Below, piece by piece: positions 16,136 to 22,793 of a DNA stretch of 63,441 nucleotides. The stretch lies in IMG/VR virus record IMGVR_UViG_3300035703_000091, positions 1 through 63,441 of that record, one strand, 5' to 3'. Source of the stretch: a virus. Taxonomy: Duplodnaviria > Caudoviricetes. A program made the position numbers and the translations under genes. Each line of letters starts with the position of its first letter. Position 1 is the stretch's first letter. Under the pieces are notes generated by a model. The model saw nothing but the letters and a program-made list of their open reading frames with translations. It was not told where the DNA came from and made no database searches.

Positions 16136-16905
16136 GGGTCCGCGTGACCGATCGCGCTATCAGATCGGCTCGCCGCCGAAACGGCGGATTCCGGCCGACC
16201 ATCACTCCCATCCATTTCTACCCCGCCTCCGGGTGGCGGCCGCGCCCAAGGGGCAACCGCCGTCTTTCCGGCTGTCATCGGTTTGCCCTTTCGGGCCGTC
16301 GCCATCGGTCGCTACCCGGCTCTCGACCGGACGAGTCTAGGCTACATGGGGCACCCAACCGAAACCCGCGCCTGGCTCCCCGGCCCGGCTTGCACGGGCG
16401 GCCGGCGTCACCACCGGGCGGGGTTCTCGTGTGGCCCGAAGGCCGAAACTGGCCGGGATCACGCGGGTCCGTCTTCAACGGCCGCCACCCCGACTGCGCT
16501 TGGCCTTCGCGCAGCACCGTCTTTCCGGCTGTCCGCTTGGTGGCGGAATCGGTATCCGCCTTTCGCCGGGAGCCGGCGTCCCATTTTCCGCCCTGGGAAC
16601 GGGGTGGACCCTATAACGCTCGGCCCCTGCTTACGACCGCTGGCCCCCGGATTTTGTGATCTACCGGGCGGCGGTTGGTCGAAACTTACGGGGAGGAAAA
16701 GTCGGGCGTCCCTGACCACCTCCCCTGCGGGCCCTGTCACACCGGGCGTCCCGGCAGCGCAGCAGCCCGAATAGTCCGCAGACATCGCACTCTCCGGGGC
16801 CTGCGAGCCCGTCAATCAGGGCGGAGAAGCCCCGGTGCTTGCGCCGTTCTCTCTCGGCCGTCGACCCAACGACGCGGGGTCTGCGCTTACATTCGCCAGA
16901 ATGTG
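16100..16905 (-). ncRNA. Candidate large structured non-coding RNA (~800 nt), family unassigned
   Basis: Own promoter, terminal UUCG hairpin, continuous hairpins, a 12-bp long-range helix, repeated GACAGCCGGAAAGACGG, no credible CDS. Confidence 0.7.
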
Positions 16906-16911
16906 AATGTG

Positions 16912-16939
16912 ACCATACAGGCGTTTATTCCTGCGTCAA
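16912..16939 (-). promoter_or_regulatory. Promoter of the candidate ncRNA
   Basis: TTGACG-(CAGGAATAAACGCCTG)-TATGGT; same architecture as the promoters at 15177 and 58333. Confidence 0.75.
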
Positions 16940-17082
16940 GTGATTTTTTTCTTAGGAGGGTGTCGCCCCGACCTACACGCGCGAGAGACCAATCAGCACG
17001 GAGAGGATGCGGGCCTGCCGGTGGCCGAGGCGACGCCGAACCATAGCCCGCTCACGCGATCCGCGAGGACGGGTGTGGTGGC

Positions 17083-17394
17083 CTACTCGACTTCGTGCTT
17101 CCAGCCGCGGGCGTGGGCGACTTCGTGGCAGGCGATTTGCGCGAAGACCTCGTCGCGGAAGACACACGGGTCGGGCAGGATCACGAAGCCGTCGACATAG
17201 CAGCCGACGATCATGTTGCTGGCCCGGCCGCCGATCTGTCGGCAGGCGGCGTCGATCAGATGGGCGGGGACCACGATCAGGCCCATGGCGATCGGCGGGC
17301 CGCCCACGAACTCGGCCGGCGGGCGCGTGACGAAGTCGGGCGCCGAGGCGGAGACGGTCATGGCCATCGCGGCCGAGAGAGCCAGCTTCATCAT
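17083..17394 (-). CDS. Small secreted protein with HExxH motif
   Basis: Signal peptide MMKLALSAAMAMTVSASA; CHEVAH; four Cys. Confidence 0.7.
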   Translation of the reverse strand: MMKLALSAAMAMTVSASAPDFVTRPPAEFVGGPPIAMGLIVVPAHLIDAACRQIGGRASNMIVGCYVDGFVILPDPCVFRDEVFAQIACHEVAHARGWKHEVE

Positions 17395-17453
17395 GGGTCG
17401 AGGCTGACACGAGACGGGCCGAGGTGCGCGGTCGGTCGGATGGCCGAAACGAC

Positions 17454-17487
17454 AACGGCCGCGCCCTGGGTCAATGGCGCGGCCGTT
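17454..17487 (-). terminator. Terminator-like hairpin
   Basis: AACGGCCGCGCC-loop-GGCGCGGCCGTT followed by GTCGTTT on minus. Confidence 0.6.
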
Positions 17488-17513
17488 CAGATCACATGAG
17501 CAGTCGGGACGGG

Positions 17514-17522
17514 TCAGCGCAT
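17514..17522 (-). other. Two-codon minigene ATG-CGC-TGA in a ~110-nt transcription unit
   Basis: AGGAG 8 nt upstream; promoter at 17598-17571; hairpin downstream. Confidence 0.5.
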
Positions 17523-17570
17523 CGTGGTCGCTCCTGGGGTTGAGGGGTTCAGTCCTCTGCGAGAGCCCCC

Positions 17571-17630
17571 ATCATGCCTGATTATTTTCCTGCGTCAAGC
17601 CTTGACGATAGGAAAGAAGTCGCACATGGA
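17571..17630. promoter_or_regulatory. Back-to-back divergent promoters
   Basis: Minus TTGACG(17598)-N16-CATGAT, near-identical to the promoter at 50839; plus TTGACG at 17602. Confidence 0.65.
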
Positions 17631-17658
17631 GGGGGTGCTCACAGCACAGGAGAGAGGC

Positions 17659-17850
17659 ATGGTGCGCGTCAATCTTCAGGAGGTTTCACCTTCGGGCGGT
17701 TACGATAAGGTTCACGAGATGGCCGCAGTTCCGCGAGAGGGGGAGAACATTTTCATCGGAGAAGACGGCGACGTGGCCTCCGGCACGGTGTGCCGCGTCC
17801 TCTGGACTGTCGGCTACAGCAAATACGACGTGCAGGTCAGGTTCCGATGA
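17659..17850 (+). CDS. Hypothetical protein
   Basis: GGAGAGAGG RBS; VPREGE..I...VCRVLW. Confidence 0.65.
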   Translation: MVRVNLQEVSPSGGYDKVHEMAAVPREGENIFIGEDGDVASGTVCRVLWTVGYSKYDVQVRFR

Positions 17851-18035
17851 ACCTCACCATCCAGCAGATCGACTTCCTTCTTAGCCTCATGGGCGTGGGG
17901 AAGGAATCTGGCATCCGCCCTGGCGGCAACTTCACCGCCCTTCAGGCCCTCAACCTTCAACGGACCCTCGAGCATGAGCGCGACCTTCTCTCTCCGAAAC
18001 CGAATGCTGCTGGAAACCCAGCTAACTCAGCCTGA
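17847..18035 (+). CDS. Hypothetical protein
   Basis: ATGA coupling. Confidence 0.5.
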   Translation: MNLTIQQIDFLLSLMGVGKESGIRPGGNFTALQALNLQRTLEHERDLLSPKPNAAGNPANSA

Positions 18036-18228
18036 GCGGCTTCAACTGCTCGCCCTGCACGTCCCAGGGCAGCACGAGGCGCTCAACAAGGCGCTGGACG
18101 CGGCTCGAGAGGAAGGGCGGCTCGCGGAGGTCCATCGCGTCGCCAACGAGAAGCACGTCCGCCTCTATGGGCGGCCGCTGGGCGACTTCGATCTACCGCA
18201 GCCCCAGCCTGCCTACACCGGCGGGTGA
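18004..18228 (+). CDS. Hypothetical protein
   Basis: LNKALDAAREEGR, echoing the motif in 13816-14028. Confidence 0.5.
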   Translation: MLLETQLTQPERLQLLALHVPGQHEALNKALDAAREEGRLAEVHRVANEKHVRLYGRPLGDFDLPQPQPAYTGG

Positions 18229-19404
18229 AGGCTCGTCGAACACGCCCAGCATCTCGGGTCGGGTTGTCCGCCGATCGACCTCGCCATAGTCGTCGTGGTA
18301 CGTCACCATCATGCAGCCGCGGCGGCTGACCAGGCCCTTCGACATGGCATAGTCGTCGGAGGGCGCGAGAGACGGGTGCTGGGTCGCGAGAAGCCCGTCC
18401 TTCTCCTTCTCGTGTATATGGTGCTGGTGGCCGGCGTGCGCGTAGGCGTACTCGGCCTGACCCCACATCGAGCGGAACATGGCGGCGAACTTCCCGGCCA
18501 GTTCGGTCAGCTTCGAGCCTTGGCCGTGGTGGATGCAGAGCATCACCTTCCCGAACAGCAAGGCGTAGTAGGGCGCGCGGGACTGCACGACCTTCAGGCG
18601 GGGTTCGTCGCGGTAAACCCGCGCGATCATCTTCGGCACCCACAGGGCGCCGAACTCATCGTGGTTGCCGGCCGCCCAGACGAGATGGACCTCCTCGTGC
18701 GTCTCGAGCGCGCGATCGACGGCGTAGAACGCCAGGTCCAGGACCGCGTCGATCATGTCCATCGCGTCGCCGTCCGCGTTCAGGACGTGCTTGCTGCGCG
18801 GCGTGACGGGCTTCAGGCTGTCGTAGTGGGCGGCGTCGCCGCCGAAGCAGAGGACCAGGCGCTTCGCCTTCGGGGCCCGCGCGAAGGCGTCTTCGATACT
18901 GGCCCGCACCGTCCGCGTCGCGATCTCGATGTTCCACCGACCGGCGGGATCGTCCGACGAGATGCTCTCGCCGATGTGCAGGTCGAACAGGCCGAGGAAG
19001 TTGGTCAGCGCCGATGCCCTCGCATCGGTTGATGGCGCTGGGGTCGGGGCGAATCGGGGGAAGTCTTTCAGGCGCTCTTCGCAGCGCGCCACCGCCGCCT
19101 CGATGTCAAACCCGTCTGGGTGCTGGCGCTCCCAGGTTCGCTCGACCTCGCCCAGGGCGTTGCGCTGGACCGTGACCTTCCCCATGCGGTTGCCGGGAGC
19201 AACGCCGCTGGTGAAGTGGCCGGGCGCGATGCCTTGTTTCGCCGCTCGCTTCTTCAGCTTGTCCAGCGCGTCCGAGATGTTGCTCGGAGAGCAGTCTAGG
19301 GCCTCGGCCGCGGCGCGGTGCGTGCCGTGCTGCTCCAAGGCCGCGACGATGCGCTTCTCGCGGTCGGTCGCGACCTCGAGAACGCGGGGATCAACGTGGC
19401 TCAT
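18193..19404 (-). CDS. HTH-fused calcineurin-like metallophosphoesterase
   Basis: N-terminal THRAAAEALDCSPSNI HTH; DLHIG, GD, GNHD, HHG, GHQHH motifs. Confidence 0.82.
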   Translation of the reverse strand: MSHVDPRVLEVATDREKRIVAALEQHGTHRAAAEALDCSPSNISDALDKLKKRAAKQGIAPGHFTSGVAPGNRMGKVTVQRNALGEVERTWERQHPDGFDIEAAVARCEERLKDFPRFAPTPAPSTDARASALTNFLGLFDLHIGESISSDDPAGRWNIEIATRTVRASIEDAFARAPKAKRLVLCFGGDAAHYDSLKPVTPRSKHVLNADGDAMDMIDAVLDLAFYAVDRALETHEEVHLVWAAGNHDEFGALWVPKMIARVYRDEPRLKVVQSRAPYYALLFGKVMLCIHHGQGSKLTELAGKFAAMFRSMWGQAEYAYAHAGHQHHIHEKEKDGLLATQHPSLAPSDDYAMSKGLVSRRGCMMVTYHDDYGEVDRRTTRPEMLGVFDEPSPAGVGRLGLR

Positions 19405-19408
19405 GAAC

Positions 19409-19756
19409 CTATTTCGACGTGGCGCGCGTGCGAGGCGCGGGGCGCATTTCGACCAGGCGATCCAGCCGGTCTGCGAGTCGGTTGAGGGCGTCGGCGACGC
19501 GATCCTCGGACTTCTGAAGCATCTCGATCGTGGCGAACTTGGCGACGACTTCCGTGCGGTAGGCGGCCAGTTCGGCATGAGCGGCAGCGACGGCGGCTTC
19601 GGCGCGGGCGTAGGCGGCGTCGGCGCGCTCCTGCGCGGCCTTAGCCATGGCGTGTGCGCTCTCGCCCTTGTAGCGGCCCACAGCCCAGCCGCCGTAGATG
19701 CCGACTGCCGTCAGGACGAGCATTCCGGCCGAGAAGACCCAACTCCACTCGCTCAT
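19409..19756 (-). CDS. Lysis-region membrane protein (TM + coiled coil)
   Basis: N-terminal TM; heptad-rich C-terminus. Confidence 0.7.
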   Translation of the reverse strand: MSEWSWVFSAGMLVLTAVGIYGGWAVGRYKGESAHAMAKAAQERADAAYARAEAAVAAAHAELAAYRTEVVAKFATIEMLQKSEDRVADALNRLADRLDRLVEMRPAPRTRATSK

Positions 19757-20043
19757 TCGCCCGACCCTCCGATCAGGTCGTAGCGCACGGCGTCGGCTCC
19801 GCGGGCCCGCAGCCTCTCAGCGCAGGTACGCCCCCAAGCCAGCGTGTCGACTTGGTACGCCTCGGCCCGGCCCTTGGTGGTTTCCTGGGCCGGCGGGGTG
19901 GGTTCAGGTCCGCACATGAAGTCAGCGAGCGTCCAAGCCGGTAGCGGACGGGGCGGCGTCGGAAGGCCGGGCTCCGGTCGGCTCGCGCATGAAGCGGTAA
20001 GCACCGTCAGAGTAGCGGTAAGGATCGTCAGCGCCGGGCGCAT
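19753..20043 (-). CDS. Outer-membrane spanin (Rz1-like lipoprotein)
   Basis: Lipobox LTASC, Pro-rich, overlaps the i-spanin gene. Confidence 0.75.
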   Translation of the reverse strand: MRPALTILTATLTVLTASCASRPEPGLPTPPRPLPAWTLADFMCGPEPTPPAQETTKGRAEAYQVDTLAWGRTCAERLRARGADAVRYDLIGGSGE

Positions 20044-20347
20044 TTTCGGCTTCCTGTTTCGCGGTTCCGGCCGCGTCCCGAATGGTCACGATGGTCTGCG
20101 TCTCGGCGGCTCGCGCCTTGGCGGTCTCGAGAGCGAGAGACACCTGCACGTTGTAGGCGTTCTTCCAGTCGGTCAGGGACGCTTCGGTGGCCTCGAGTTT
20201 CGTCTCGACCGCCTTGGTCTCCGCCGCGCGCTGGGCGCTCTGGTCGCGGTAGTGGTTGGCGGCGAACAGGGCGCCGGCCAGGGCGATCCACACCCAATGC
20301 CGCAGCAGGAAGCCGCCGACGATCTGCCCGAGTTTCAGCCAGGTCAT
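19922..20347 (-). CDS. Inner-membrane spanin (Rz-like)
   Basis: N-terminal TM then Ala-rich helical periplasmic domain. Confidence 0.75.
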   Translation of the reverse strand: MTWLKLGQIVGGFLLRHWVWIALAGALFAANHYRDQSAQRAAETKAVETKLEATEASLTDWKNAYNVQVSLALETAKARAAETQTIVTIRDAAGTAKQEAENAPGADDPYRYSDGAYRFMREPTGARPSDAAPSATGLDAR

Positions 20348-20646
20348 TTGTCGTCGTCCTCGAACGAGAGTTCGGCCGTGGCGTCGCCCTTGGTCAGTTT
20401 CACGCCCGACGCCTTACCCCAGGCTAGCGTGACCATCACCACCGCGACGATCGCCGTGGCCGCCAGACCCATCCACGTCACGCCGTGGATGCGGGCCAGC
20501 CAGACGGCTTCGCTGTCGGGGAACTGGCCGTAGGCGAGCCACGCCTGCACCATGCCGGCGGCGATGGACGCCATCACGCCACCGCCCAGCATCAGGGCGA
20601 AGCGGATCAGCGGTAGGGCCTTCAGGGCGGCGACGATCTTTTCCAT
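20344..20646 (-). CDS. Putative holin
   Basis: 100 aa, two TM segments, charged C-terminus, between lysin and spanins. Confidence 0.6.
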   Translation of the reverse strand: MEKIVAALKALPLIRFALMLGGGVMASIAAGMVQAWLAYGQFPDSEAVWLARIHGVTWMGLAATAIVAVVMVTLAWGKASGVKLTKGDATAELSFEDDDK

Positions 20647-20648
20647 GG

Positions 20649-21158
20649 TCACGCCTGACTTTCGCCGGTCGGGACGCCGGCCGCGTTCAGCCAAATGCGG
20701 TTCGGCAGGGGCAGGTCGACGCCCCTCGGCCAAGTCATCGCAACCAGGCTGGTCTTGGGGATGCGGGTGATGCTGACGCGGTTGCCCTGGTTCCCACCCA
20801 AAATGTGAAGGTGGGTTCTGTCCTCACCGATATAGAAGCCGACGTGACCTCCGCCCTTGCGATCGAACACGCAGACGCAGCCGAGTCGGGGGTCGTTCAG
20901 AATGCGACCCCACTTGGGACTCGCCCACTCCTTCGCGCGCACGGCGATCTTGGGCGGCTCGATGCCGACCTTGAACATGCACCAGGCGACGAAGGTGCCG
21001 CACCAGGCGGTCTCGTCGGAAGTGACGCTGATGCCGAGGACGCGGGCGCCCATCTTGGCGATCCAGCCCATGATCGTCGGGTTGTGGCGCGGTCCCACAA
21101 CCTCTTGAACGCCCATGTTGCGGCGCGCTTCGGTCAGCCAAGCAGGTTCGATGGACAT
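20649..21158 (-). CDS. TIGR02594-family (NlpC/P60/CHAP-like) putative endolysin
   Basis: SDETAWCGTFV, GGGHVGF, LGGNQGNRV. Confidence 0.85.
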   Translation of the reverse strand: MSIEPAWLTEARRNMGVQEVVGPRHNPTIMGWIAKMGARVLGISVTSDETAWCGTFVAWCMFKVGIEPPKIAVRAKEWASPKWGRILNDPRLGCVCVFDRKGGGHVGFYIGEDRTHLHILGGNQGNRVSITRIPKTSLVAMTWPRGVDLPLPNRIWLNAAGVPTGESQA

Positions 21159-21215
21159 GGCGTGATCTCCTTGATCGACACCATGCCTCGGGGTTCCCGT
21201 AACGCCGGGACGGGT

Positions 21216-22193
21216 CTAGTCGCTTTGGCCGATTTCCAGTGACAGGTCCGTGCGATAGCCGCTGGAATCGAGCGTGTGCGTGACCGACCGGATGCGGTAT
21301 TCGCCATCCACGTCGGGGTCGAAATCCTGCACCTGGGCCTTGCCCTCAGCGAAGACGTCGGGCAGGCCAGGACCGCTCGCCGTCATCGAAATCTTGCCCC
21401 GCTTCGAGTCGCCGAGTTGGGCCTCGGCCGCGGCCTTGGCCTCCGCCTCTGAGCGGTAGACGCGCCGGTCGCGATGCTTCGTCTCGCCGGAGCCGGCCGT
21501 CACGCTGACGCGCTCGCCCTTCGCGTGGTCGATGTAGGTGCATACGACGGCGTCGTAGCCCCCACGCTCGCCCGACGTCGCCTCCCAGGACGAGACCATC
21601 TCCGGCGTCAGCACGATCGGCGTCTTCTCCCCACCGGACGGCAGGCTCGAGCCGCCGCGCGCCGCGATGACGGCCTTGCCGTCCGCCAGCTTGAACGACG
21701 CACCGACGCGCTTCGCCACGCGGGTCAGGAACGACAGGTCGGACTCGTTCTGCTGGTCGATGTGCTCGAGCGAGATCGAGCCGATGCGCGGGTCCACGAT
21801 CGGCGTCAGGCCGTGGTCGCCGGCGACCTGGGCGGTGATCTGCTGGACCGTCTTGCCGTCGAAGCTGCGGCTCTTGGCGGCGCGGATCGCGCTCGTCATG
21901 TCGGCGCCCTTGGCGCTCACGCGAAGCTGCCGCGGCATGGCCGACTTCGACCACTCGTCGACCTTGAACCGGCCCATGTAGGTCGGCGCGGGCTCGTAGC
22001 CGAGCCAGACCTGCACCTCTGCACCTTTCGGCGGGGCCTTGAAATACTCGCGGTCGTCGATGACGAGTTCGAGCGTGTCGGACTTGTTGCCCGTCTCGTC
22101 GGTGATCGACAGCGACACGAGGACGCCAGTCGGGCCGAACACCTCCGTCGAGATGTCGCGCCCGTCCAGAATGAGCCGAGCGGCGGGCTTCAC
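21216..22193 (-). CDS. P2 gpD-like late control/baseplate hub protein
   Basis: SDTLELVIDD, LGY..MGRF, QQNESDLSFLTR. Confidence 0.9.
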   Translation of the reverse strand: MKPAARLILDGRDISTEVFGPTGVLVSLSITDETGNKSDTLELVIDDREYFKAPPKGAEVQVWLGYEPAPTYMGRFKVDEWSKSAMPRQLRVSAKGADMTSAIRAAKSRSFDGKTVQQITAQVAGDHGLTPIVDPRIGSISLEHIDQQNESDLSFLTRVAKRVGASFKLADGKAVIAARGGSSLPSGGEKTPIVLTPEMVSSWEATSGERGGYDAVVCTYIDHAKGERVSVTAGSGETKHRDRRVYRSEAEAKAAAEAQLGDSKRGKISMTASGPGLPDVFAEGKAQVQDFDPDVDGEYRIRSVTHTLDSSGYRTDLSLEIGQSD

Positions 22194-22408
22194 GACCAGA
22201 GCCTCGTGCTCTGGCGACGGTCCTGCTGCGTCGGAATCGGGATGCGGATGGTCAACCCGGCCGGGAGGATCGCCTGCGCGGCTAGGCCGGGGTTGGCGTC
22301 AAGGATCGCCTCGGTCGGCCCGCTCGAGCCGCCGAACCGATTGAACGCGATCAGGTCGACGGTGTCGCCTTCCTGCGTCAGGTAGTTCTCGTAGGTCACG
22401 TCAGCCAT
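22190..22408 (-). CDS. Tail protein X (LysM-like)
   Basis: TQEGDTVDLI..ILDANPGLA..LPAG...LWS. Confidence 0.9.
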   Translation of the reverse strand: MADVTYENYLTQEGDTVDLIAFNRFGGSSGPTEAILDANPGLAAQAILPAGLTIRIPIPTQQDRRQSTRLWS

Positions 22409-22793
22409 AGGCCACCAGGGAGAGATCGAAGTCGATCCTACGGGGCGTGCCGTCGCTGAAGAAGACGGTCTGGGTCTCGTTGACGGACGTGATGCAGAAC
22501 TCTCCCAGCACGCGGCCGGCGCCGGAGACGAGCAGCAGGGGCACGCCGAGGCCCGCCTGGGCTCGCATGGCCGGAAGCTGCTCGAGCCCCGCGCGCTGGG
22601 CGATGAATCCGGGGAAGATCGTGCCGCTCAGGCGGATCGTGTCGGCGCCCTCGCCGACGAACTGCTGCGCCGGCTTGCGGCCGATCCGCTCGACCTGGGC
22701 CCAGCGGTATTCGGTCTGGCGCTCGAGCGCCTGGTAGGCGGCCGACGAGATCGAGAATCGGAAGGCCCCGAGGGCCATCATGACGGTTTCCAT
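22401..22793 (-). CDS. P2 gpU-like tail protein
   Basis: MMALGAFRF...YRW...QFVG...IDFDLSL. Confidence 0.9.
   Translation of the reverse strand: METVMMALGAFRFSISSAAYQALERQTEYRWAQVERIGRKPAQQFVGEGADTIRLSGTIFPGFIAQRAGLEQLPAMRAQAGLGVPLLLVSGAGRVLGEFCITSVNETQTVFFSDGTPRRIDFDLSLVAYG

Noticed and set aside
16240-16300. c-di-GMP-I riboswitch or group II intron domain V
   Set aside because: GGCAAACC and GAAA are present but the required downstream pairing and motifs are not; no domain V consensus seen
16690-16842. RNase P RNA-like GAGGAAAAGTCGGGC on the plus strand
   Set aside because: Imperfect match, the other conserved RNase P regions are not found at suitable distances, and promoter/terminator point to the minus strand
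16134-17046. ORFs called inside the candidate ncRNA (e.g. 16283-16774, 16459-16815, 16275-16517)
   Set aside because: No RBS or coupling, Pro/Arg/Gly-rich translations typical of GC-rich non-coding frames, unlike real genes here
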